A stretch of 64,000 bases of DNA, from assembly GCF_009914755.1 (NCBI RefSeq), contig NC_060927.1; one strand, 5' to 3'. Position numbers and translations under genes: made by a program. Below, piece after piece: positions 51,841-64,000 of this stretch. The notes beneath the pieces are model-generated. The model had not been told where the DNA came from. It ran no database searches and saw only the letters and a program-made list of their open reading frames with translations. The DNA is from the human T2T-CHM13v2.0 reference genome, Homo sapiens. The number at the start of each line of letters is the position of its first letter. The first letter of the stretch is position 1.

Positions 51841-54800
51841 TAATGTGTTATTTTAAACAAATAAAATTCTTAATATTGAATCATTCTTACCCTTTTTCCC
51901 CACTTTTATTTTATTTTTATTATATTTGTTCATACTATATTTAGTATTTTTGCATAATTTCTGCAAGGGACATTGACCTAATGTTTCTTTTTGGTGAGAT
52001 ATCTATGTCAGGTTTCTTATCAATATTTTGCTATCTTCAAAAAAGGTAATTGAAAGGTTTCTTTTATGTTTTGGAACAGTTTAAATAGACTGGACTTATC
52101 TGATCTTTGAAGGCTAAAAAAGCTCACTTCTTAAAAAACCTATATCTGAAAAAATTCTGGCAGAAAGCCCACTAAAGGTAAAATGGCTGACTTCGCATAT
52201 GAGCTTACCTGCGATTTTTCTCTTCTCCGTAGTTTTCTAAATTTGGGCAATTTTTGAAACAAACATTTTGTAGTAAATATGAGAGACATAAAGCAAGGAA
52301 AGAAAGAGAATGAGGGAGGTGGGGCATAGTTTTTATAGGATGAATAGTAGTTATTAATAGTAAAACTGGCAGCAGGAAGATGATTTAGGGAAATATTATA
52401 AAAGACCAGGAAAAAAAAAGGTAAAAATATATATTAAGGGAATGGCCAAAAAAGGAGAGAGTGAGCAGGGTTGATAAATAAAGCCTTGAGGCTGGATGAA
52501 ATAACACAAGGAGAACTTGTAGAGATAAGAGAGAAAGTGGAGCTGAAGTTAGAACCCAAGGTCAGAGCCAAGCACATACATCCCATTCAATAGTTACATG
52601 TGGTATGTGTGAGTAAATAAACCTAAGAAAGATGTGACTAGGAGCCCAAGTCCCAACACCAAGGGGAAATGATCAGAGATGCTGGGAGAAAAGTGAGACG
52701 ACACTGACTTGAGCCAGGAAAGAAGAGGACTTCCAGAAAGAGGAGATGGTCCTTAGGGTGAAATGCTGCATGGAGATCTTCTAGGGTTACCAGATCATTG
52801 GCATCTTTTGAGAGAGTAGTATTAAGAGAACAGTGTGGAACGAAACCATGAGTCAGTAAGTGAGTTGGTGGGAGAGGGGGAGAGGTTTTCAAAATAAGTG
52901 AAGGGAAAAAGAGATGTAAGTGTAACTTAAGCAGCATTAGGTGGAGGGAGGGATTTTTATAAAGGGGGAAAATTGTAGAGCAAGGGGAAGACCCTACGTT
53001 CTTGGCTAAAGTAGACTGGCTTTCTGTTGCTGTGGATTTTTTTGGCGACCCTAAATGCCAATTAGAAAGTAATTTATTTCATTTTTTACACTGGATCCAG
53101 CTGAATCAGTAAGATGACAAGAATAACTCAGGAACACATTTTTTTTTCTTCAAGATCTAAAAAGGTCCCCATACTGGTCCAAAATATCAGGGAAACAGTT
53201 ATTTCTGGGCTTTGTAGAATTCTGATTATAAGCAGTCTATTTACTGGTGCACCCTTTATTTCTGTTTCCCTCTATCTTCTAAGCAGTACAATGGAAAAGT
53301 TATATTAACTCTTCCAAAATATATGGAACATTATCCGCATAACCTGAAGTTGAGATTTTACTCTCCTTATTGAGAAGGGAAAACAAAAAGAGGCACAGCT
53401 GTTTTGTTCTTGGAGAGCCAAGTTCTCCAGCAACTGTGCCAAGGTTCACCAGCCAGTTCCTTGTAAAGTGGTAGGCTTTATCTTGGCCTCTCATGCGGAA
53501 AGTGCCCTGCCTTTGGAAGTTGTCATGAATGTCACTCTGGGAAGTGCTGCCTTGGTCACTGACCTTGCTTAGGGCCTGGAAGTCCTTGGTTTGATTTGAC
53601 AATTGGGAAAAGGCCAATCCTGCCCTACAGTATTTTCAGAACTTCACAAACACCAACAAATATTTTCTGAAGGGTACTACTTATGTTTTGTAGGTGACCT
53701 TGTAGGTAAAACTTGTAAGTTTCAGATGCTATTTTTCCAAAAAGATAAAGTTATTCTATAGCCCTGTATAATTATTGTGAACACATTATGCTTGTACTAC
53801 TATCTTATTTCTAGGAAATCGGGGACATGAAGCATATAGGATACTTGTAACATTCTTTTATTTCAAAATAATGGAATCACATTCACTGGAAAACATTGAA
53901 AAAATTATATGTGTATCAAAATATTAAGTATTTTCAATAATGATGTTTAGCAATCTCATACTCATCTTCCCTTTGCAAACATGAATAGTAAACTCAGTTT
54001 TAGGCTTATATGCTTCCCTGTGAGAGTTTTTTATATTTTAAAACCATATACTTTTTCATCACTAAGACCTAAATGAAGACCTTGTCTAAATATCTAAAAA
54101 TATCTAAAAAGATTTAGATATTTTTTAAGACATTTGATTAATAGAATATAGATAAGCTTCATTTGAGGTACAAACATTGATAATAAGCAATTTGTCAAAA
54201 TTTTGAGAAAAGCCAGGCTTCTCAATGAAAGCTCAAGAATGTACAGATCTCAACTAATATTTTTACTACAAAGACAGTTTTGTAAACCGATGTGTTCTGG
54301 TGTCACACTTTACTGTCGGAAACATGCTTTGAGTGGCAAAAGTAATAAAGATGCCTGAGAGATAGATTCCAGGAGCTCTTGTATCACTGAGCCCTCCCTC
54401 TTCCCTCCTTTTCTTCAGAGTATTGGAATCTGTGGCTTTTTTTTTTTTTTTTTTTTTTTTTTTTGGTCAGAAGGGTACACTTGTTTCTGGATTGCTGGTG
54501 TTCAACGGGCATCTTGTATATAACGCATGGCTATATATGGAGGCATTGCCCTGACTCCCAGGTAATGGGGCCACCCAAGTCTTGGAAGCATGGCCTGCTT
54601 ATTTGGGAAGGGAGTAGGTGATGCAATGTATATGGGTGGTCCCTGTCTATCTGAGAGTGGTCTGTATCTGATATAAGTCCCCGGGCTTTTCTTCCTACTC
54701 AGCCATTGTTTTTACCACCAATGAAAAGAAGGCTGGAATTTCTCTTAACTCACTCTTCTCCAGGAGGGCTATGTTCAAAATTTTCTTTCAAAAGTTTTGT

Positions 54801-55364
54801 TTTTGAAGATACTTCTGTACTTATCAGCCAAGCAGAATTAAACAATCAAACCTGTTAGTGTGCATCAACAACTGAGGCCTGGTCCTGTAGAAGAAGGCGA
54901 ACATTTGTTCTTTTATTCTGCATTTCTGAACGAGTGCCTACTATGAGCAAGGACAAGTTAAAGTTGCAGAGAGGCACAGTGATGAACTGTAAGGCATTCA
55001 GAGGAAGAGATGCAGTTACTGAACATACTAAGTGCCAGGAATTTGATGTTAATGTAATTAACATATTTAATATCCTCATTACATTTAATCCTCTTTGCAA
55101 CAATGAGAAGCAAATATCATTATCCTTCTTTTCTACAGGAGAGAAATTGGGGGTCAGAGAGGTTAAGGTTTGAACAGAGTCACCATTTTTCATACCTGTG
55201 AGAGATACCGTTCAATAGAATACTCAATAGCCCTTTATGAGCCTCTTCTATAAGGGCTAGAAGTCTGGCACTTACTTTTCCAGCCAGCTTTGCATCTGGG
55301 GCTGGCCACATGACCTGAGCTCGTAATCAAAATGTAAGCAGAAATCTGGTGTTGGGGCCTCTGG

Positions 55365-55812
55365 AAAAGCTTTTGCAAATGCTTTCTGTAAAGATCCAGA
55401 TAGTAAATATTTTTGGCTTTGTGGGTCGTATGATCTCTGTAACAACTACTCAGTCCTGCCCTTGCAGAATGACAGTAGCTGTAGACATTACAATACATAA
55501 ACATGGCTGTTTTCCAGTAAAGTTTTATTTATAAAGAACAGGCAGTGGGCCAGGTTTGGTCTGCTGTTTATATATTTGTCCCTCAGTATTCTCAGGGGAT
55601 TGGTTCTAGGACCCCTATCTATACCAAAATCTGAGCATACTCAAGTTCCACAATCAGCCTTGCAGAACCTGTGGATACAAAAAGTCAGCCCTCCATATAT
55701 ATGGGTTTCAGATCCGAATACTATATTTTTGATCCTTGTGTGGTTGAAAAAAAATCTGCATGTAAGTGGACTCAGGCAGTTCAAACCCAACCACAATTTG
55801 CTGACCTCTGGT
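55365..55812. mobile_element. MER58A with nested MER8 (Tigger-type, ~55572-55787)
   Basis: tttctgtaaagatccagatagtaaatatttttggcttt...caactactca (MER58); gtccctcagtat...ggggattggttctaggacccc...gcagttcaaacc (MER8). Confidence 0.8.
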
Positions 55813-57897
55813 TTAACGGAATGGCAAGATATTGTTGAATAAAATAATTTGATTTTTAAATATCTGTCCATTTCATATTACTGCAACACTGAGCAGTTTG
55901 AACAGTTAGTAAAACATAATCCATGTAAAAACTAAAGTGATCTTTTGAAAGTACAAATTACATCATTTCATTCTCCTGACTAAAACATTTCCTTGCTAAG
56001 GCTCATATTCATATACAAGGTCTGAATTCCAGTATTTTTATCTTCCTAAGAAGTCTTTTCTATTGCTCATGATAAGTTTTGCCCCAACCTCACTATTCTC
56101 TCTCAACTACTTACCATAATAAGTAGTTGCATTTTCATTTATGTGTTTGTTTATTGAACATTTGTTTTACCCATTAGGTCTGGGACTATGGTTTTTGGTG
56201 TCCATATATTGCACAGCCCATAGAGGATATGCAATAAATATTTGTAAACTAAGTGAATAATGTCACAGAAGCATCCTGTCACCTTCTAGATATGAAATTT
56301 TAAAACACTTAAACAAATTACACAAGTAATGCATATTGATTGTTGATAAATTAGAAAACCAAGACTTTGTGAAGGAATAGAATTAAGATAAAAAGAGGGA
56401 AACTGCAAAGCTACTATGAGGCAACCAAAGAGCAGAGGACCTAAGACTGACTGACTTGGACTTGTGTCAATCTTGGCTGCCTCAGCACCAGCAGCAAGAA
56501 GGGCAAGGGAACTGTGATCATGATACTACAATGAAATAACCACATGCAAATTAAGTGAGTAGGAGAAAGAAGCCTCATGTGGTCTTGTCAACTCCATCTT
56601 GGAGGATGGTCTGAAGGAGAACCCTGGAGGTGTTCAAGCCACACAGAGAAGTAGAGGACAGAGGGAAAGAAGTTGAGCTATGTAAAAGGTGTAGAGCGAG
56701 TTCATGAACCTGAAGATGGAGCAGACTTGTCTCTCTGCTAATACAGCCACATTGTCTTACCTGTGGAGGCAGATTACTGACAAGCTAATGATTTATGGAG
56801 GGGTTTTAGGGGGTGACAAAACTGGGTTTTCTTGTTTACTTCTGGCTGACATTCATACATCAGCTTGAAATTAGAGCAATCAGGGCAGCCTGATCCTTAG
56901 ATTGTATCCCTTCTTTCAGAGGGAAGTAAAGAAAGTAGGAAGGGAGGGAGAGAGGGAGAAAGGGGAAGAAAATGATCCATTATTCCTATACCAGTGATAA
57001 CCAGTGTTAACATTTCTGAATATATACTTCCACATTTCTTTCCAACTCACAGATATGTTAGATGTACTTGTTAGAGATGAAAATTAGATTTGAGGTTGAG
57101 TAATGTTTAATGAATAGTGTCAACCTCTTTTTTTATCAAAGAGCCACTTAACCTTTCTATATTGTAGATTATCTATAAAATGTAGTTTGTGGACTAGAGA
57201 GTAAGAGAACGAATAATAAAGAGTTTTCACATTTTTTTATAGACAAGGCTCAGAGACATTAAGGGACTTGCTTGATATCGCATAGGTAGCAAGTTGGAGA
57301 ACAGAGGTGAACTCAGTATGTGGGTCTCCAAATTTCATGCCTTTATTGACCTGGAAAGTATCACGGAATTCAGTGGTTTTTTAAGCTTGACTACATATTG
57401 AAATCAATTGGAAAGTTTTAAAAAGTCCTGATGTTTGGGCTCTACCCCTAGAGATTATTATTTAGTTCATCTAGAGGATGGCCTGAGATTCAGGATTTTT
57501 TAAACCTGTAACCAAAGTTGAGACCCACTGTTCTAGCTCTAAAATGTTGTTACATGACTAGAAAGTGATATTCAGCTTTAGATTTGGAAATAATTTCTGT
57601 TATTGATTGGTAAGTGTATAGAATATGTAAAGTTTATAAGCTCTACCATCTTACATAAAAGCACTTATCTTTTTCTAAAGACCTTTGAAGATAGTAAGTG
57701 TGCCTCTCCAACAATCATTTCAGGATACCTGACTATTAATAGCGATGCCTCCATGATTACTTCCTGTCAAATCAATCCATGCATTATATTGTCCTCTCTG
57801 AGCACTTACCTTTTAAGATTCCAGAAAGTTTGCCACAAAAACGAATTGTAATAATTTTACCAATGATCTCAATCTTCAGAATAAATATGGTGTCTCT

Positions 57898-58343
57898 TGT
57901 CAACCTAAATAACAGAGAGAGGCTCTCTATAAGAAAAGATATTTATTTCGGAATACAACATTGCAGTGGGAATATGCAGGGTATAGTAAACTATGTGCAT
58001 ATTCTTGGAAGTTAAAAAAAGACAAAGGTTTCTAAAGGAAAAAAATGAGGAGGATTACATATTTTTAAAAATAATAATTAGCCTTGGCTACAAAGATCAA
58101 TATCAAGGGTGATGCCAGTCTGAGGTTGGACAGGCAGTTACTGGACAGATGTTCTTGTAGAAGTCTTTTTTGTGTTAGGTTGCAATGGCCTTTGTGCAAG
58201 ATTGTAGTCTTTGCAGTCTTTATGATAGTTTTTGTTATCAGGCATACAAGCATGAGGACCTTCTCTTTGTGGCCTTCACTGGCTCTATTTGTCAGAGTTT
58301 TCTTAACATTTGTGACTCCGTTTTGATTCAGACAACTTTCACG
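57898..58343 (-). mobile_element. MER67-like ERV1 solo LTR
   Basis: Minus strand starts GTGAAAGTTGTCTGAATCAAAACGGAGTCAC...CTGACAAATAGAGCCAG and ends GGTTGACA. Confidence 0.7.
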
Positions 58344-59162
58344 CACTCTTCCTTTCCTCTCACACACTCTTCCTTACCCTTCACAGTGTCCTGTGTTGTT
58401 TTAGGACCCTTGAATACATATTGTGAAGTGCTGATGGAAGATGAATCAAGTAGAAGGGGTGATGGTATTCAGCGTCTACTGTTTTTTTAGAAAGAGGATT
58501 GAAGGAAACATATGTGTAAGACCCCTCTCTTTCATATGAAATTTGCAAAGCTGATGCTCTTTGACACCGTGGCTTCTCAGACTCTTTCTACATTGAAGAG
58601 ACATATGACTTATTTTTACATTTAGAGTATTCCACTGCCTGTCAAGAGTACATTGGGGTTTCTGAATCTCAATAACTATTTGTTAAATGTTGATGATGGT
58701 GAAGGATGAGATACAAATTGTACTTTTTCCTGTATGTAGGCTCCCCTTATTTTGGGGATGTTGAATCCCCTTTGCAGGCTTTGAGGAATAGAAAGCTATT
58801 TATTCCATCACAAACTCCTGTCATAGATAGGAATCTGTGGGGAAATTTGTTGTCTCTGGGAAGAAGGAACATTGATTAGAGGACATAAAACTGAATTTAT
58901 GATTGCTATAAAATATTTTTATTCTTTTAAATATAAAGGGGATAGTAGCTGCATTTTATGTCTGTGGGAGAATTGGGATTTTAAAAACCATATGAACAAC
59001 AGAATTCATTTTCTTACAGAAATTACAGATTGGAGAGCTAAGACAAATAAAATACATATTTATTTTTGGAAATATGCATTTTGAAAATGTGGAGCATTTT
59101 ATTTTCTTGTCCCATGAAAACTGAGAATGTTAGCATATCTATAAATGATGGTTCAGGGTATA

Positions 59163-59580
59163 TGTACAAGTTTAGGTAGTTTCCCCCTAAATTTCTTGTG
59201 CTTTCTGAAACCTCAGAATGCGAACTTATCTGGAAATTGGGTTGTTACATATGTAATTAGTTAAGTTGGAGTCATACTAGAGTCAGGTGGGACTTTAACA
59301 CATCATGATTGGTGTTCTTATAAAAAGCAAAGAGACATGGGGGATGATGGCCATATGAGATGAAGACTGGGGTGATACTGTCAAAAACCAAGGAATGTGT
59401 GAGGCTACAGATGCTGGAAGAGGCAAAGGAGGATTCTCCCTCAAAGGATTCAGAGGGAGCATGGCCCTGCCAACACCTTGATTTTAGACTTCTCCAAGAA
59501 CTGAGAGAGAATATAGTTATGTTATTTTAAGGCATCCTAGTTTGTGATACTTCTTTATGGCACCTTAGGAAGCTAATACA
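59163..59580 (+). mobile_element. MLT1B/C-like MaLR solo LTR
   Basis: cctcagaatg...gctggaagaggcaa...gagggagcatggccctgccaacaccttgattttagactt...ctaataca. Confidence 0.85.
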
Positions 59581-62500
59581 GTGCCTAATCATAATGTTTA
59601 TATTTTAAAAGTCCGGACAAATGTCTAAATGTTGGCAAGTGAGTTAGTTAATTGTGTTCTATCAATAAAATATTTTACGGCCTATAAATCTGACAAATAT
59701 GTGTAGATTAGAGACACATGGAAAACTCTTTGCTAAGTAATAAATAGCAATCACCTGGCATGTGCGCAATGATTACAATCATATAAGAACCATATATTTA
59801 TAACAGTGGAAGTTTAGAGTAAGACCTTGGCTTTTCCAGTTGGTAAAATATGATAACTATTTCTTGTTACTATTTTTTAAATAAAAATAATACATATTTG
59901 ATATAAAAACTTTAGAAAAATTAGTGGCAAAAATAATTTGACATAAAAGTCACTTTTTAAAACTGACTTAAATTATTATTTGAACCACATTTTGTTCATG
60001 CATGTGACTTAATACATTTTTCTCTTTTGTTATTGATTTTAAACCTGAACTAGTAGCATATTTTATAAGATGAGACAACTAGCCCTTTAAAGAATTAGGG
60101 CTTGTGGAAGATCTATAGGTTATTTCAACTCCCTAAAATGTTGAACTTCCTGTAGAGTTAACAACAATGAAGTAAACAACGATAACAAAATAGAATTATG
60201 GCCAAGCAATTTAGGAACCAACAGACATAGAAGCTTACAGCTCATTCTACTTGTTTTTGTAGAATCTAAACAATAATTAATACTTCAAACCCACAAAAGG
60301 AGTGAGATTGGAGGGCTTGGCTTCTGGAGAAATACTTGCAGTGAAAGTTAAGAAGCTGGTGAAACAGCTTATTAAACTAGACCATCCCATATAAATACCA
60401 TAGTCCGAGTAGTGATGAAATCTTGTTGGAAGCCTCCAAGTGAGATTTCAGAGCCTGGGTCAGTTTTCATTATACAACTGAAGTTGGCGCTTTTTCAGGC
60501 CAGCTGACCTCTTTTTGCAAGAGTGTGGCCCTTCTGGCTTCTCTAAAAATAAATATTTGCTCCTCTCTCTACAAGGACATTTTTGGAAATCGATTTGTCA
60601 TTTTGGTGAGTCACAGTGGTATCAATGAATGGCAAATGTGGAGGAATTAGAATGCAATTTAACTTAATAAGGAAGCTGCATTATTGATCATACCCACATG
60701 AAATTCAGTTGCCATTTATTTGTAGAGCAAAACAGGAAATAATTATCTAAGCGAACCACTTATTAAGAATGAGTTTACATAATTATTACATCTACTTCAC
60801 AAAACCACCAGTATTTAAAGCAACAAATGCTTTCTGAATTTTCTAAGATTTTTCTTCTTGGCAACTGGAAGAAGATGGACATTCGGGAGCCACATTGTGA
60901 ACAGTCAGGTCGGCTACTTAACAGTTTTTCAGGAAAAATGCCATCAGTGAGAGAAGCAATCAAGGCAAAGGGTACTGTTCTAATTGTAAATTTGGTCTTC
61001 TTTCTCTACTTGGGAGGGAATCTGTATGGCAGTGTTTTGTGATCATCAGTTCCGCCATCTTATGGATTAATCTCAGTAAAATCTCTTTCAGAGATTGTCT
61101 TAGAAAATGAAAGTACAGAAAAAATAAATAAAGCACTATAGGAGCAGAAGAGACAAAAATATTCATATACTTTTGTACACATTCAGCCTAATTTTCCAAT
61201 ATATAGTAAAAAGAGTGGCCTCTGAACTTTTCCAGGATGAAAGTCTCAATAGGATACTAGTTCTTTGGGTGATTTAGACTCTGGACAATTCTTGGTGGGC
61301 ATATGTATATTCTGGAAGCCCTGGCTGAAACTGTTTGGCCCACAGAGATCTGACGAGGTGCATTAATAGGATTATTTCATCTAAAGGTTAACAATCCCCC
61401 TCTATACAAAGAGGAATCTAAGCATCATTCAAGAGACATCTAGGTAGAAATGGAATCTTGAAACTAAGGTTCTTGGTGTGAGAATGTATTTTTCATTTGA
61501 ATAGCACTAAAAAGAAATAGTTTCAGTCCCTTTACCTAATGTTAAAATGATTGTTATTTTTCTGGTGTCATTTTCTTCTTTTTCTAACTAGGCTAGATGC
61601 TCCCAAGAATACAAAGATAAAGAAGATTGCCTGCAGTTGCCCAGATGCCTGGTGTGTAACCTCACTGATTACTTTTTCCCATTTTAAAGATATTATTGCT
61701 TAAGTGGTGCTACCTTCTGCAAATGACACTAACTGAAACTTTATATCTTTTTATGAGGGGTGGTTTTAATTGATTGTCAGTAGAGACTGTTTGGAACAGA
61801 CAAGTTCTAGGTTTTACATATTCTTCCAGGCTCACAGGGCATGAAAAAGGCCATTTCCTGTGAGTATTTTGCAGACTGAGGAATTATGATATTTTATTTT
61901 ATTGCCAATTTCCAGAAAAGATGATTCTGGAACACATCTCAGTGCTATTAATTTTTTGTCCGAAAATTCCAAATGAAGCTTATTGAAAGTAAGAAACATA
62001 ATTTTTAGGCTCTTTCTGAGGGTTATGGAACTTTTTTGATGTTCACCTTGTCTAACAGCCTCCAGGAGTGACAAAAGGCAATATATGTTCTTTTGACAAA
62101 GAAGATTGTAAGTGAGATCATGTTACTGATGGGACTTGGTCCTAACTCAGAGGATGTTATTCTCATCTCCAATAATCAAAGAGATAAAAATACCCAGGGA
62201 AGGGCATTTTGTCATTTAAGTCAAACTTAAGAATCTTCCTGTTTTCTTACTCTAAATAATTCTTGAACAATAGTTATGTTCGTATTTTTGGCTGGCCTAT
62301 AAAGCAAAACATTGTAGGTAATGAATGTGGATAGACCAAATGATCTGTCCACAAACTGCATTCTTTAGTACTAATGAACACTATAATCAACAAAAATAGA
62401 TACATATATAGATACATATATGAAAATAAATAAATGTCATATCTCAATTAGCTATTCTAAGTGGATGTTTTGAGGTTAGGGAATATAGAAGTATCCCAGG

Positions 62501-63169
62501 CTAACTAACATTCTCACATTGTATGTGGGAAATTTCAAGTTCATCATTAGCTAGTCCTAACCTGAAACATAATGATCATGATAATGAAAATGCCAATTAA
62601 CATCTGTTAAGGATGTGGACCAAACAATGTGTCTTTCAGGCATTCTTTTCATCTTCCTTCTAGCTTTGAGAAGACTGAACAATATCTTCAGCAGAAGTAG
62701 AGAATTGTACATTTAATTGTTATTTATTTTATTCTAAACTATAAATGTCACTGAGAGAATACTGAAAATGAAACTAGATTAAAGCTTAAGAAAATATTTA
62801 ATGAGTGATCTCATAGAGCCACTCTTTTAGTCTGTTCTATGATTTGCTGCACAGATGCTGTTGAGTGTCCAGGGTTCTGTGGCACATTTGAGCTTGTGCC
62901 AAATACCAAGGAAATATGAGCAAGTAGCTTCGAAGCTAATTTTGGTAAATGAGGGCACGTTTTAGAAATGAATAATCACTTCATCAAAATAACTTTATTT
63001 TACACACTTTCCCCTCATTCTACTCTTCTCCATGGACTAATGTATTGTTTGCTTTTTAAATTTGGATGGTAATTCACTAGTTAGATTGCTTATTTAATTT
63101 AGTGCTGCCAAAGGCATTGGTCCTACTTGACTCAAAATAACAAGTAACAATCAACAGAAGTTTAAACTA

Positions 63170-63420
63170 GAGTGACTACTACATATTATTAATTCATTGT
63201 GCCACCACTCTCCCAACTACTTTATAAGTATTATTCCTTTTATTACTCACAGCAACCCCAAGAGGTGGATACTATCACTATTGCTGTTTTGTAGCTAGGG
63301 AAACAGAGTCTCAAAGAACTTAAGTAACTAGCTCAAGGTCCCAAAGTCAGTAAAATGTGGAGATCCAGTACTTGAAATCAATTCTGCTTAACATCTGAGT
63401 CTAAAACCTAAGCTCTACAT
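63170..63420 (-). mobile_element. MIR
   Basis: tactcacagcaacccc...gggaaacagag...taagtaactagctcaaggtc. Confidence 0.7.
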
Positions 63421-63859
63421 GGTATCACATCTTTGAAAGCAATACATGCAGTTCTTGATGTCTCTGGATGGTCTTTGCTATGGCATCTTGTTCTTTTTTT
63501 CATGGTGTCACTATCTTCTCTCATGTCTCTGATGATATCAGCAATAACTTCTTTAGAGTTGTCATTTCCTTGCACAGTCTCTGTTTTTTTTTTAGTTTAC
63601 TCTTTTCTGATTGTTTTTGTCTCTAGCTTCCATGTTATAGGGAAGGTTTTTAGCACTAGGCATGATCAGAATCACCTAGGGAGCTTTAAAAAAATACTGA
63701 TGTGTAGGCCACAACAGGCAAGTAAACCCAGACCTCTGCTATTGGGACACATTTCTTCATGGCTTACCAGTTGATTCTAATGTTCAGATTGGGTCAATCC
63801 TTGGATGTCTATATGTCTGTATTTAAGAGTGGAAGACCAAAAAGCTAATTGGGAAACAG

Positions 63860-64000
63860 GCCCACGTGGCTTAATTGGTGAAATCTATTTAGCATTTAAA
63901 AAAGAAATAATACCAATTTTACACAAAATCTTTCAGAAAGTGGAGGATGACAGCCCTATTCAACTCATTTCATGAAATCAATAACACCCTGATACCAAGG
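63860..64000 (+). mobile_element. L1 ORF2 (RT-proximal) remnant running off the window end
   Basis: Translates GEIYLAFKKEIIPILHKIFQKVE, frameshift, then FNSFHEINNTLIP; resembles L1 ORF2p [22 protein letters not shown]...NSFYEASIILIP. Confidence 0.85.

Larger units (their letters stand above)
48890..52160. mobile_element. Degraded L1 ORF2/3' fragments (sense ~48.9-50.2 kb, antisense ~50.2-52.2 kb)
   Basis: aaaatcaatggtttccttc...aaatatctaagaacaagtttaact (sense); ttggatctgtttctggatt...ccagtataatactatttt (antisense). Confidence 0.65.

Overview
Human (primate) genomic DNA with no supportable protein-coding exon. I recognise it from memory, not from a search, as the 5' end of THRB (thyroid hormone receptor beta, chr3p24.2, minus strand) plus about 54 kb of upstream DNA. 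CpG island 1 (~8.4-10.4 kb) holds the THRB non-coding first exons, a TATA box, two DR4-type thyroid response elements and the probable start of the antisense lncRNA THRB-AS1. CpG island 2 (~35.7-36.8 kb) contains the annotated but doubtful MIR4792 hairpin and has no coding gene attached. The rest is mostly old interspersed repeats (Alu, MIR, L1, L2, MaLR/ERV LTRs, hAT/Tigger elements) and microsatellites; repeat names and ends are by eye and approximate. I found no new multi-gene system. The best leads are regulatory or mutational: a possible distal THRB-directed promoter at island 2, stacked uORF/start-stop/splice signals in exon 1, divergent CTCF motifs, a 212-bp local duplication starting in a hairpin, two mosaic Alus and fold-back insertion scars.
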